Assembly (NCBI GenBank): GCA_007134735.1
Contig: SLKG01000004.1
Location: forward strand, 504-64,503
Origin: Kiritimatiellia bacterium
Lineage (GTDB): Bacteria; Verrucomicrobiota; Kiritimatiellia; SLAD01
DNA length: 64,000 bases
Reading direction: 5' to 3'
Shown here: positions 1-10,288 of the stretch, piece by piece
Numbering within the stretch: the stretch's first letter is position 1
Layout of the letters: the number at the start of each line of letters is the position of its first letter
The notes under the pieces: model-generated
The model's database searches: none
What the model saw: only the letters and a program-made list of their open reading frames with translations
Told to the model about the DNA's origin: nothing
Made by a program: the position numbers and the translations under genes

Positions 1-1
1 G

Positions 2-370
2 GATGTTTTCGACGGGGTAGTGGATGTGGTCGTATGCGACGGATTTGTCGGAAACGTGGTATTGAAGACCAGCGAGAGCGTAGCGGGCGCCATATCGCGG
101 TGGATCAAGGATGAATTCATGCAGACGCCGGTTCGCATGATGGGAGCGATGATGCTGAAAAGAGCCATCGGAAACATACGGCACCGCTCCGATCCGGAAA
201 ATTACGGTGGGGCTCCGCTGCTTGGCGCAAACGGCGCCTGCATTATCGGGCATGGCTCGTCCTCCGCATTGGCGGTCCGGAATGCCATCCGTGTGGCCGT
301 GGATTGGGTACACCAGGAGATTAATCAGTATATGGAAGAGGAACTGGGCAAGTTCGACTTGAACACATGA
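2..370 (+). CDS. plsX: phosphate acyltransferase PlsX, C-terminal fragment (5' end outside window)
   Basis: The frame is open from the window edge. The translation DVVVCDGFVGNVVLKTSE...GAPLLGANGACIIGHGSS looks like the conserved PlsX C-terminal half. It lies directly upstream of fabH, as in the canonical plsX-fabHDG-acpP cluster, and its stop overlaps the fabH start. Confidence 0.85.
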   Translation, partial: DVFDGVVDVVVCDGFVGNVVLKTSESVAGAISRWIKDEFMQTPVRMMGAMMLKRAIGNIRHRSDPENYGGAPLLGANGACIIGHGSSSALAVRNAIRVAVDWVHQEINQYMEEELGKFDLNT

Positions 371-1395
371 ATCCGGAAACAACCAGAAAACTCATCAATC
401 CGAAGGCCTCCGCAACGCGTACGGTATCCATTGTCGGCACGGGGAGTTATCTTCCCGAGCGCGTATTGACCAATAAGGAACTGGAGACCCTGGTCGATAC
501 CAGCGACGACTGGATTTATACCCGTACGGGAATCCGGGAGCGGCGTATCGCGGCTCCCGACGAGGCGACATCGGACATGGCTTCCCATGCCGCGCGGAAG
601 GCCCTGGAGATGGCGGGCATCGAGCCGGGTGACGTGGATATGATTATCGTAGCGACGTGCACCCCCGACATGTTCTTTCCCAGCACGGCCTGTTTTGTGC
701 AGAAACAGATCGGGGCGTCCAAGGCGTTTTGCCTGGATGTTTCCGCCGCCTGTTCCGGTTTCCTCTACGCATTGGAGGTGGCGCATCAATTCGTCGCCTC
801 CCAGAGCGCCCACACGGCGCTGGTGATCGGCGCCGAGAAAATGAGTTCGGTGATCGACTGGCAGGATCGGACCACGTGCGTACTGTTCGGCGACGGCGCC
901 GGCGCCGCGGTCCTCCAGGCGCGGGAAGAACCGCACGGCATCCTGACGACGGTGCTGGGCGCCAACGGGAACCTGAGTGATTTATTGTCCATACCGGGTG
1001 GAGGGAGCCGGTTGCCCTACTCGCCGGAAACGCTTGATAAACGGATGAACTATCTGAAAATGGCCGGACGTGAAGTCTTCAAGCACGCCGTGACCAATAT
1101 GTCCAACGCGGTCCTCGAGGCCCTCAAGCAATGCGGCGCGACCGTGGATGATGTGGCCTGTATTATACCGCATCAGGCCAATGCCCGCATCATCCAGGCC
1201 ATCGGTCAGCGAATGAACGCGCCGATGGAAAAGTTCTATATCAATGTGCATAAGTACGGAAATACCTCGGCGGCTTCGACCATCGTTGCGTTGGATGAGG
1301 CCGTACGCTCGGGCCGGGTCCAAAAGGAGGACCTGATCCTGATGGTGGTATTCGGAGGCGGGTTCACCTGGGCGGCCAGCCTGGTGGAGTGGTAG
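367..1395 (+). CDS. fabH: 3-oxoacyl-ACP synthase III (KAS III)
   Basis: 342 aa. Active-site context is LDVSAACSGFLYAL. Also present are IIPHQANARII and HKYGNTSAASI-type motifs and the C-terminal GGGFTWAA. Fab-cluster context supports the call. Confidence 0.93.
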   Translation: MNPETTRKLINPKASATRTVSIVGTGSYLPERVLTNKELETLVDTSDDWIYTRTGIRERRIAAPDEATSDMASHAARKALEMAGIEPGDVDMIIVATCTPDMFFPSTACFVQKQIGASKAFCLDVSAACSGFLYALEVAHQFVASQSAHTALVIGAEKMSSVIDWQDRTTCVLFGDGAGAAVLQAREEPHGILTTVLGANGNLSDLLSIPGGGSRLPYSPETLDKRMNYLKMAGREVFKHAVTNMSNAVLEALKQCGATVDDVACIIPHQANARIIQAIGQRMNAPMEKFYINVHKYGNTSAASTIVALDEAVRSGRVQKEDLILMVVFGGGFTWAASLVEW

Positions 1396-1412
1396 GGGAG
1401 GGAGGAAGTGTT

Positions 1413-1461
1413 CAGTAATCAGTATTCAGTAAGCAGTATTCAGTATTCAGTAATCAGTTAA
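1413..1461. repeat. heptanucleotide tandem repeat (CAGTAWK x7) in the fabH-fabD spacer
   Basis: Read directly: cagtaat cagtatt cagtaag cagtatt cagtatt cagtaat cagttaa, contiguous with no spacer. Confidence 0.9.
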
Positions 1462-1509
1462 AGCGTGGAACATACGAAACACGGAACACTGAAACAGCGG
1501 GACAATGAG

Positions 1510-2448
1510 ATGAACAAGAGAGCGATACTATTTCCAGGTCAGGGCGCCCAGCAGGTCGGAATGGGGCGCGATTTGGCGGAGCGTGATCCGGAATGCCGGG
1601 CGGTCTTTGATGCCGCGTCCGCGGTGCTGGGATATGATCTGGCCCGGGTTTGCTTTGACGGCCCGCAAGAGGAGTTGACCCGTTCCGATCATGCACAGCC
1701 GGCCATTTTCACGGTCAGCGTCGCGGCGTATACGGCGCTGCGCCGGGCCGCGCCGGGTCGGACCTTTGAAGCGGCGGCGGGCCTGAGTTCCGGTGAATGG
1801 ACGGCTCTTCATGTGGCCGGGGCCTTGTCGTTTGAGGACACCCTCCGGGTGTTGGAGGCGCGGGGCCGATTCATGCAGAAGGCGTGCACAGAAACCCGTG
1901 GCGCGATGTTGAGCGTTATCGGCCTTGCCCCGGATCAGCTGGAGCGCATCTGCCGGAACGCGGATGTCGAAGTGGCCAATCTTAACTCACCGGAACAGAC
2001 CGTATTGTCCGGGCCTGCGGAACATATTGAGAAAGCGGAAGCGTTGGCCGGGGAAGCGGGCGCCAAACGGGCCTTGCGCCTAAATGTGGCCGGCGCGTTT
2101 CACTCGCGCCTCATGGAATCGGCCGCGCGTCAATTGGGGGAATTTCTCGAAACGGTCGCTATTTCCGATCCGGAAATGACCGTGGTATCGAATGTGACCG
2201 GTACCCCGTTTGAATCGGCGGACGATATCCGGCGGCTCATGGTGGAGCAGGTGCGTCAGTCGGTCCGATGGGTGGACGGCATTCGCTGGATGCAGGCGGC
2301 CGGAATCAATGAATATGTGGAATGCGGTCCCGGCAAGGTATTGGCGGGACTTGTTAAGCGTATTGACAAGCAGGCCGCCATACATAACATACAGGATCAT
2401 TCTGGACTTGAGCGGACGCTCGCTCAATGGGATACACAGGAGGCGTAA
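1510..2448 (+). CDS. fabD: malonyl CoA-ACP transacylase
   Basis: The ORF contains [19 protein letters not shown] and the GLSSGEW active-site serine motif. I place the start at the internal ATG at 1510 ([12 protein letters not shown]), matching the usual FabD N-terminus. Confidence 0.92.
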   Translation: MNKRAILFPGQGAQQVGMGRDLAERDPECRAVFDAASAVLGYDLARVCFDGPQEELTRSDHAQPAIFTVSVAAYTALRRAAPGRTFEAAAGLSSGEWTALHVAGALSFEDTLRVLEARGRFMQKACTETRGAMLSVIGLAPDQLERICRNADVEVANLNSPEQTVLSGPAEHIEKAEALAGEAGAKRALRLNVAGAFHSRLMESAARQLGEFLETVAISDPEMTVVSNVTGTPFESADDIRRLMVEQVRQSVRWVDGIRWMQAAGINEYVECGPGKVLAGLVKRIDKQAAIHNIQDHSGLERTLAQWDTQEA

Positions 2449-2455
2449 ACGGATT

Positions 2456-3199
2456 ATGGGTGAATTTGACGGAAAAGTTGTGCTGGTGACCGGTGCGGCA
2501 AGAGGGATCGGGCAGGCGATAGCCGTGGGGTTGGCCCGTGAAGGCGCGGATGTAGCCCTGTGCGACCTGCAAAAGGATTGGTTGTCCGAAACGGCGGACC
2601 AAGTGCACAAAGCGGGTTGCCGCGCGGAATGTTACGACATGAATGTGGCGGATGCTTCCAGTGTTCAAGAGGGAATCGCCGCCGTCGAGAAGGATTTCGG
2701 ACGAATCGACGTGTTGGTCAATAATGCGGGTATTACGAAGGACAATCTGCTGATTCGGATGTCCGAAAACGATTGGGACGACGTGCTCGATATCAATTTG
2801 AAAGGGGCCTTTTTGACCACGAAGGCCGTAGCTCGCCTGATGATAAAACAGCGCTCCGGGGCCATTGTGAACGTCGCCTCGATTATAGGATTGATCGGAA
2901 ATCCGGGACAGTGTAACTATTCCGCCTCCAAAGCCGGGATCATTGCGCTGACGAAATCGTGCGCCAAGGAGCTGGCTTCCCGGAATATCCGGGTAAACGC
3001 CGTGGCGCCGGGGTTCATCAAAACGAAGATGACCGATGCGCTGTCGGAAGACATTCAAAAGAAGATGCTGGACGGCATCCCTCTGAAACGGTTTGGGGAG
3101 CCCGAGGATGTGGCGAACGTGGTCAAGTTCCTGGCCGGTGATGGAGCCGGCTATGTATCGGGTCAGGTACTGACGGTATGTGGTGGTATGGTAACGTAA
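2456..3199 (+). CDS. fabG: 3-oxoacyl-ACP reductase (SDR family)
   Basis: The protein starts [22 protein letters not shown] (TGxxxGIG NAD(P)-binding motif). It also has NNAGI, the YSASKAG catalytic Tyr/Lys motif, and the C-terminal [10 protein letters not shown]. The upstream part of the track ORF (2210-2455) overlaps fabD and is discounted. Confidence 0.92.
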   Translation: MGEFDGKVVLVTGAARGIGQAIAVGLAREGADVALCDLQKDWLSETADQVHKAGCRAECYDMNVADASSVQEGIAAVEKDFGRIDVLVNNAGITKDNLLIRMSENDWDDVLDINLKGAFLTTKAVARLMIKQRSGAIVNVASIIGLIGNPGQCNYSASKAGIIALTKSCAKELASRNIRVNAVAPGFIKTKMTDALSEDIQKKMLDGIPLKRFGEPEDVANVVKFLAGDGAGYVSGQVLTVCGGMVT

Positions 3200-3262
3200 C
3201 GCTCGCGCCATGAGATGGTCGTTCCCATCGGGTGGCACGCAAAGAAAGAAGGAGACAGGCAC

Positions 3263-3505
3263 ATGGCACTGGAAGACAAAGTTAAGGATATTATCGTAGA
3301 GCAGCTGGGCGTGGACGCCGAACAGGTAACGCCCGAAGCCTCGTTTATCGAGGACCTGGGCGCCGATTCCCTGGATACGGTGGAATTGGTCATGGCGTTT
3401 GAAGAGGAGTTCGGAGCCGAAATTCCGGACGAGGACGCCGAGAAGCTCACCACGGTGGGCGCCGTGATCGCGTATCTCAAGGAAAAGGGATTCGGCGACG
3501 CGTAA
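3263..3505 (+). CDS. acpP: acyl carrier protein
   Basis: 80 aa. It carries the [21 protein letters not shown] phosphopantetheine-attachment motif. An AAGGAGA ribosome-binding site lies upstream of the ATG at 3263. Confidence 0.95.
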   Translation: MALEDKVKDIIVEQLGVDAEQVTPEASFIEDLGADSLDTVELVMAFEEEFGAEIPDEDAEKLTTVGAVIAYLKEKGFGDA

Positions 3506-3531
3506 GATACGTTGAAGCCTTCATGATCGGG

Positions 3532-3561
3532 GACCCCGAAATCCAACGCGGATTCGGGGTC
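3532..3561. terminator. hairpin between convergent acpP and maf (possible bidirectional terminator)
   Basis: gaccccgaaatcc / aacgc / ggattcggggtc forms an 11-12 bp stem with one bulge, followed by cttcggttt. Confidence 0.4.
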
Positions 3562-3581
3562 TTCGGTTTGTGGGCGGTCGT

Positions 3582-4175
3582 CTACGGACCTTCTTCTTCC
3601 CGGTATCCCGCCTCGCGCAGGAACGAATCGACCATATCCATGGGCAATCCGATGACCGTATTGGGATCGCCTTCCATCCGCTGGATCAGCACAACCCCTT
3701 CTTTCTGAAGGGCATAGGCGCCAGCGTATGGCAGGGGCATCGCCACATTCACATGATGCCGGATCTGTTCCTCGGTCATGGCCCGCATGGTTACCCGCGC
3801 ACAATCCACTCCGGTGCGCAGGACGGATTCTCCGGAGCCGCCGGGCGCTATGACGCAGATGCCGGTGAGCAGCCGGTGTGTCCTGCCGGCCAGTTCGCAC
3901 AGCATTCGAACGGCATCCCCTTTATCGGCCGGCTTCCCGATGATTTTGGAGTCCAGGAACAGCAGGGTGTCCGCCGCCAGGATATGGGCATGCGGATGTT
4001 CCCGGGCCACCGCGCGAGCTTTGTCCGCCGCCAGGCATTGCACGTAATCGGCGGGATCTTCTCCCGGAGAGATCGGGCGCTCTTCGATTCCGGAGGGTTC
4101 CTGGGCAAAGGTGTAGCCGGCCGAACGCAATAGTTCGGCGCGTGCACGGGAAAAGGATGCGAGGATGAGTTTCAT
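3582..4175 (-). CDS. maf: Maf-like nucleoside-triphosphate pyrophosphatase (septum formation protein Maf)
   Basis: 197 aa. Features are MKLILASFSRARAELL, ILAADTLLFLDSKIIGKP, and GAYALQ...IQRMEGDPNTVIGLP, all typical of the Maf/YhdE family. Confidence 0.85.
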   Translation of the reverse strand: MKLILASFSRARAELLRSAGYTFAQEPSGIEERPISPGEDPADYVQCLAADKARAVAREHPHAHILAADTLLFLDSKIIGKPADKGDAVRMLCELAGRTHRLLTGICVIAPGGSGESVLRTGVDCARVTMRAMTEEQIRHHVNVAMPLPYAGAYALQKEGVVLIQRMEGDPNTVIGLPMDMVDSFLREAGYREEEGP

Positions 4176-4756
4176 GGAAGCGTTCCGAATAAGAGAATGC
4201 CTTCGCGCTCCACGCGGCGCCAGAGCGCATTATATTTGTCCTGGTTCACAATATTGGTGTCCAGCAGGATCGGGTCGATGGAGACCGCGTATCGCCGCCA
4301 TATCGCTTCGTGCAACTTCTCCAGGCTGTTGAACGCCCGTACGCGGTTTCGGCCCGTGGCGAACACAAGGGTGAGTTCGATCCGGTCGCTGGCGGCGCTT
4401 TCATCCCGGGCGAGAGGGCCGGTTGCCACGGCGGCGATCGGGCGGGGATGCACGTTGCGGCGAACGGTCTTCCGGAAATCGTCCCAAAACAGGTCTTCGG
4501 CCTCGATGGCGGGTTTCAGCGCCTTCTGGATGAAATACTGTGAACGGTTGAGCGTATACCAATGAGCGCTCGAAGTCTGCTCGCAATCAACGGCGGCCAT
4601 TTCGGAGAGATGCTCAAGAGCCAGCATGACGGCGCGATTCGAAAGGCCGGTGCGGCGCTCGATTTCCCGACCGGTCATGGGCTCTCCCGCATGGTATAAC
4701 ACGCGTAAGACCAGCAATTGACTGTACTTGGAAAAAAGAAGGTTCAATCCATGCAT
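4172..4756 (-). CDS. winged-helix DNA-binding protein with a C-terminal minimal nucleotidyltransferase-like region
   Basis: The N-terminus (VLRVLYHAGEPMTGREIERRTGLSNRAVMLALEHL) looks like a MarR/ArsR-type wHTH. The C-terminal GPLARDESAASDRIELTLVF resembles the GSxARGE..SDIDL motif of minimal NTases, with a changed acidic spacing. Its stop overlaps the maf start by 4 nt. Confidence 0.5.
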   Translation of the reverse strand: MHGLNLLFSKYSQLLVLRVLYHAGEPMTGREIERRTGLSNRAVMLALEHLSEMAAVDCEQTSSAHWYTLNRSQYFIQKALKPAIEAEDLFWDDFRKTVRRNVHPRPIAAVATGPLARDESAASDRIELTLVFATGRNRVRAFNSLEKLHEAIWRRYAVSIDPILLDTNIVNQDKYNALWRRVEREGILLFGTLP

Positions 4757-4830
4757 AATCAGGGGATTTTAACTCTTGACGGTATCTTATGCAATGTCGC
4801 ACAGTACGATCTGATTTTATCAAAGCGTAA

Positions 4831-5877
<1,047 letters not shown>

Positions 5878-5937
5878 TCGGACCCTTCCCATCCGGATTC
5901 TTCCCGCGTTTCCCCGCATGGCACATGAAGTGTAGTT

Positions 5938-6813
5938 GTGTTTAGGGAAAGAAAATATGTTGTGCTTATGGTTCTCGCCGTGACGTTGGTGGCGGTGCTG
6001 AATCTTCCGGATCATGCCCGGATGCGAATCGAGTCTTCGTTGCGTGAGGGGTTGGCGCCGTTACAGGCCCTGATTGCCCGGACGGCGCAGACGGTGCAGC
6101 AAATGGGCCTGATGATTCGCGGCATCGGAGGAATGGCGAGCGAGAATCAAGCCATGGCGGCCGAACTGGTTCGACTTCGCAGCGAGGTTCGTTATTTGAG
6201 GGCGCTGGAAGAGGAGAACATCGAGCTGCGCCGGCAACTCGGATACCGGACACGCCTGGAACGTGAATTAATCCCCTGCGAGGTCATTGCGCGGGATATG
6301 AGCGGTTGGTGGCAAACGGTGCGTCTCGGACAGGGAAGGGCCGTCGGGATAGAGCGGGATATGGCCGTGGTTACGCCGTCCGGTTTGGTGGGGCGGACGC
6401 TGGCCGTGTCTGAAAATACGAGCGATGTGCTCCTGATTTCCGATCCCTCCTGTCGTGTTTCCACCTATGTCCATGGCCGCGACGATCGTCCCGTATTCGG
6501 GATCGTGACCGGCCGGGGCGTGAATTGGCGGGGGGAAGTCACGCTAAGAATGGATTTCATTGATAAGAATTATCCCGTCCATCCCGGAGACGAGGTGTTG
6601 ACCTCGGGCTTGGGCGGTGTGTTTCCGAAAGGAATCCCGGTTGGATATGTGGAGTATGTGCACCGGGACGAAACGGATTTATATCAATATGCCGATATTG
6701 TTCCCACCGCCGACCTGTACACGCTGTCCTATGTATTTGTGCTGGTGGAGCGGGAAGATCCGGAGGAAGCGCTCTTGCGGGAACATAGAAGGAACAGGGG
6801 GCCGGACGGCTGA
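5938..6813 (+). CDS. mreC: rod shape-determining protein MreC
   Basis: GTG start, N-terminal TM segment, a coiled-coil stretch (ENQAMAAELVRLRSEVRYLRALEEEN), and the C-terminal beta domain with TSGLGGVFPKGIPVG. It lies between mreB and mreD. Confidence 0.88.
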   Translation: MFRERKYVVLMVLAVTLVAVLNLPDHARMRIESSLREGLAPLQALIARTAQTVQQMGLMIRGIGGMASENQAMAAELVRLRSEVRYLRALEEENIELRRQLGYRTRLERELIPCEVIARDMSGWWQTVRLGQGRAVGIERDMAVVTPSGLVGRTLAVSENTSDVLLISDPSCRVSTYVHGRDDRPVFGIVTGRGVNWRGEVTLRMDFIDKNYPVHPGDEVLTSGLGGVFPKGIPVGYVEYVHRDETDLYQYADIVPTADLYTLSYVFVLVEREDPEEALLREHRRNRGPDG

Positions 6814-6832
6814 TGGGGGCATCCCGCGAAGA

Positions 6833-7354
6833 ATGAATGTATTGGTCATGGTGTTTATGTTGGTGTGCGCGGCGGTCATTCAGGCGGTGGCTCCATCCCT
6901 GTCCGCCCTCGGCGAAGCGCGGTTACCGCTGCTGTTGTCGGTGGTGATGTATTACGGGTTGGCCCGGGATCATCGACTGATGCTGGGCGCCGGGATTCTG
7001 GGGGGAATACTGCAGGACGCGTTGAGTCTTATGCCGCTGGGTTATTCCTCGTTTGTCTATTGTGTCGCGGGATGGGTGATGAGCCGTTTCAAGGATATCG
7101 TATTTGTGCATGAGACCATCACGCATATGTTGTTTGGGGCGGTGGGCGCCGCCGGGGCGACGTTCCTGCTCTACCTGTTGATTGCGGCGACGATCTTGCG
7201 GGAATACCCCTTGATCGCGGCAGTGCACATGTCGGCCGGTGGATTTGTCCTCGGCGCCCTGGTGGCGCCGGTAGTATTTCGCGCATGCAAGCGGCTTGAT
7301 CAATTGATGGGCAACGTAGGAGAGAAGGAATCGTCATGGTCATCCGTTCCATAG
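6833..7354 (+). CDS. mreD: rod shape-determining protein MreD
   Basis: A polytopic small membrane protein (MNVLVMVFMLVCAAVIQAV...) directly after mreC. The start is placed at the ATG at 6833. The upstream part of the track ORF overlaps mreC. Confidence 0.75.
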   Translation: MNVLVMVFMLVCAAVIQAVAPSLSALGEARLPLLLSVVMYYGLARDHRLMLGAGILGGILQDALSLMPLGYSSFVYCVAGWVMSRFKDIVFVHETITHMLFGAVGAAGATFLLYLLIAATILREYPLIAAVHMSAGGFVLGALVAPVVFRACKRLDQLMGNVGEKESSWSSVP

Positions 7355-9159
7355 AACGCACAGCCGTTCGTTTGCACATTCTTCTGTTTGTGCTGATTGC
7401 CGCGCACCTGTTTCTGGCCTTCATGCTTTGGCGTATCCAGGTGGCTCACGGACATCTGTATGCGCAGGACGAGTTGCGTCAGAGTGTGCGGCGTGTGCAG
7501 TTGCCCGGCATGCGGGGTCGAATCTACGATCGGCAGGGGCGGATTGTCGTGGATAATCGGCCGGGATACGGAATTGCGATGTATCTGGAGGAAATCCGCC
7601 GGCCCGGGCCGTGGGCCAGAACCATCGATCACGTGGAACAGATAATTCAGGACTTGTCTGAAGAGTTGGATACGCCGCCACAGGTATCCCGGGAGGACAT
7701 TCAGGCGCATGTGCGACGTCGTTTGCCGTTGCCATTGATGGCCTGGCGTGACGTTGATGAGAGGATCATGGCCCGCTGGGCGGAACAGTCATCCCTTCGT
7801 CCGGGAGTGGATTTGACCGTGGATGCGGTGCGCGTGTATCCGTACGGCGCTGTCGGGGCGCACCTGCTGGGCTATGTCGGCCGTGCGGAGGCGGTTCAGG
7901 ATCCGGGCGAGCCCTTTCATTATTACCTTCCGGATGTCGAGGGAAAGTCGGGGATTGAGGCCTTCCTGGATTCGTATCTGCGGGGCCGGCCCGGAGGGGA
8001 ACTGCTGAGGGTGGATGCCGTGGGATACCGTCACCATCTGCTGGGTCGCAGAGATCCGGAGCCGGGCGACGATATACAGCTCACGATCGACCTGGAGATC
8101 CAACGTATCGCGACGGAGGTGCTGGGCAATCGCCCGGGCTCGATTGTTGTGCTGGATCCTCGAAACGGGGATGTGCTGGCCATGGTCAGCGCTCCCGGGT
8201 ATGACCCGAACTTGTTTGTCCCTTCCATTTCCGCATACGAATGGCGGAAACTGGTCGATGATCCCCGCAGGCCGATGATCAATCGCGCCGTAGCGGGCCG
8301 GTATGTCCCGGGAAGTATATTCAAGCCCGTGGTGGCCCTGGCCGCCCTCCAGAGCGGCCGGGCGTCACCGGATATGGTATTTCATTGCCCCGGTCATTTC
8401 GATCTGGGCAACACGCGTTTTCATTGTTGGCTGAGGCGCGGCCATGGGGATCTGAATATGCGACAGGCCTTGGAACGCTCGTGTAATGTCTATTTTTACC
8501 GGCTGGCGCTTCAGAGTGGCTACGACCATATCTACGGGATGGGAATGGCCCTCGGGCTGGGCCGGGAAACCGGCGTGGAATTGAATCACGAGGTGCGGGG
8601 CTTGCTTCCTAATGATGCCTGGAAACGCCGTGTGCATCAGGATGCGTGGCGGGATGGGGATACATGTAACCTGGCCATCGGACAGGGCCCCATTGTGGTC
8701 ACGCCCATTCAGATGGCCGTGATGGTTTCGGCGATTGCCAATGGAGGCCAGGTCGTACATCCGCGCTTGGTGAAGGGAATCAAGGCGCATGAGGAGGAAC
8801 ATTTCCACATGCGCGAGGTTCAGACGCCCCGAACGCTGGCGTGGCCGGAAAACGCGATTGAGGCGGTGCGAGGCGGCATGTTCGATGCGATCATGTCGCC
8901 GTCCGGCACGGGAAGGCGGGCTCGTGTATCCGGCGTGGAAATGGCGGGAAAAACAGGCACGGCGGAATACGGCCCACCGGACGCCGGGCTCAAGTACGCA
9001 TGGATCATCGGATTTGCTCCCTACCGGGATCCCCGTTACGCCTTTGTCATTGTGGTGGATTCAGGCGTGTCGGGCGGGGAAACCGCCGCGCCCATGCTGC
9101 GAGACCTGATGTCGGGCATTCGCGACTACGAGGCGGGAGCGGGAGGGCCGGGGACATGA
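7336..9159 (+). CDS. mrdA: penicillin-binding protein 2 (elongasome transpeptidase)
   Basis: 607 aa with an N-terminal TM segment. Transpeptidase motifs are SxxK (GSIFKP), SxN (RSCNVYF) and KTGT (AGKTGTAE). It sits between mreD and rodA. Confidence 0.92.
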   Translation: MVIRSIERTAVRLHILLFVLIAAHLFLAFMLWRIQVAHGHLYAQDELRQSVRRVQLPGMRGRIYDRQGRIVVDNRPGYGIAMYLEEIRRPGPWARTIDHVEQIIQDLSEELDTPPQVSREDIQAHVRRRLPLPLMAWRDVDERIMARWAEQSSLRPGVDLTVDAVRVYPYGAVGAHLLGYVGRAEAVQDPGEPFHYYLPDVEGKSGIEAFLDSYLRGRPGGELLRVDAVGYRHHLLGRRDPEPGDDIQLTIDLEIQRIATEVLGNRPGSIVVLDPRNGDVLAMVSAPGYDPNLFVPSISAYEWRKLVDDPRRPMINRAVAGRYVPGSIFKPVVALAALQSGRASPDMVFHCPGHFDLGNTRFHCWLRRGHGDLNMRQALERSCNVYFYRLALQSGYDHIYGMGMALGLGRETGVELNHEVRGLLPNDAWKRRVHQDAWRDGDTCNLAIGQGPIVVTPIQMAVMVSAIANGGQVVHPRLVKGIKAHEEEHFHMREVQTPRTLAWPENAIEAVRGGMFDAIMSPSGTGRRARVSGVEMAGKTGTAEYGPPDAGLKYAWIIGFAPYRDPRYAFVIVVDSGVSGGETAAPMLRDLMSGIRDYEAGAGGPGT

Positions 9160-10271
9160 ATCTGGCGGCCGTAAAAGAGAGATTGGGGAGAATGGATTGG
9201 CTGTTGAATGTCGCCGCCGGCATTTTAATCGTGCTGGGAATCCTCTTTATCTACAGCGCTTCCTTTCAGAGCGACGAACTACCGGTCACAGGCTTTTATA
9301 GAAGACAGATCGTGTGGGCCGTGATCGGAATCGGCCTGTATCTGGGGATGACGCTCTGGGATTACCGGCGCGTGGCGGAACTGGCGGGTTGGATCTATGC
9401 CTTGGCCATGGTGCTGTTGGTCCTGGTTAAATTCGTCGGGCACGAAGTATACGGGGCCAACCGATGGCTGTTTGTGTTTGGGATTCAGATCCAGCCTTCG
9501 GAATTTGCCAAGTTGGCGCTTATCATCGCGGTGGCACGCTATTGGGGCCGGCCCGGAAGTCTTCAACGGGACGGGAGGGGGACGATCATCACGCTTCTGA
9601 TGGCGGGATTGCCGTTCGCCTTGATCGCCCTTCAACCGGATTTGGGCACGGCGGCGGTGCTGGCGCCGATCGTACTGTGCATGCTCTTCGTGGCGGGTGT
9701 ACCCCTGCGGCGGCTGGCGATCCTGGGATTGATCGGGACGCTCCTGCTGCCGGTGGGTTGGCTGAACCTCAATGCGTATCAGCGGGATCGCATCATGGTC
9801 TTTGTGGATCCGGGACGCGATCCCTTGGGGGCGGGTTGGAATAAAATGCAGTCGCAGATTGCGGTGGGATCCGGCGGATTGACCGGAAAGGGCTATTTGG
9901 AAGGCACGCAGAACATCCTGGGTTTTCTGCCGCGTACCGTGGCCCCGACGGATTTCATCTATTCCGTGATTGCGGAGGAAGCGGGTTTTGCCGGTTCCGT
10001 GCTGGTATTGTCCATGTTCGGAATCGTCATGGTATCCGGGGTGCGCGCCTCGCTGGCCGCGAAGGATGTGTTCGGACGGTTATTGGCCGTGGGGGTCACG
10101 GCCATGTTGTTCACCCATATCTTTGTGAACATCGCGATGACGATCGGGTTGATGCCGATCACGGGGCTGCCATTGCCCCTGATGAGTTATGGGGGGTCAT
10201 TTATGCTGAGTTGCATGATCGGGCTGGGGTTGTTGCAGAGCATCTACACCCGGCGCTATCAGCGTTTGTGA
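9156..10271 (+). CDS. rodA: SEDS-family peptidoglycan glycosyltransferase RodA
   Basis: The ATG at 9156 overlaps the mrdA stop (ATGA). It is a polytopic FtsW/RodA/SpoVE-type sequence (QPSEFAKL, DLGTA, GGSF...). Confidence 0.9.
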   Translation: MNLAAVKERLGRMDWLLNVAAGILIVLGILFIYSASFQSDELPVTGFYRRQIVWAVIGIGLYLGMTLWDYRRVAELAGWIYALAMVLLVLVKFVGHEVYGANRWLFVFGIQIQPSEFAKLALIIAVARYWGRPGSLQRDGRGTIITLLMAGLPFALIALQPDLGTAAVLAPIVLCMLFVAGVPLRRLAILGLIGTLLLPVGWLNLNAYQRDRIMVFVDPGRDPLGAGWNKMQSQIAVGSGGLTGKGYLEGTQNILGFLPRTVAPTDFIYSVIAEEAGFAGSVLVLSMFGIVMVSGVRASLAAKDVFGRLLAVGVTAMLFTHIFVNIAMTIGLMPITGLPLPLMSYGGSFMLSCMIGLGLLQSIYTRRYQRL

Positions 10272-10288
10272 GAAAGGAAATATAAAAC

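Noticed and set aside
3506-3581. Missing fabF after acpP, considered as a possible deletion or rearrangement
   Set aside because: The acpP-maf spacer is short and holds a clean hairpin. fabF located elsewhere is common, so nothing in the sequence indicates a scar.
9000-9155. N-terminal 52-aa extension of the rodA ORF (and the analogous extensions 2210-2455 of fabG, 6617-6832 of mreD, 33375-33578 of the HlyD gene, 37374-37673 of serA, 52263-52406 of znuA)
   Set aside because: These extensions overlap the preceding gene in another frame or an intergenic region, and have biased composition. In each case an internal start gives the expected N-terminus, often with a ribosome-binding site or an ATGA overlap.
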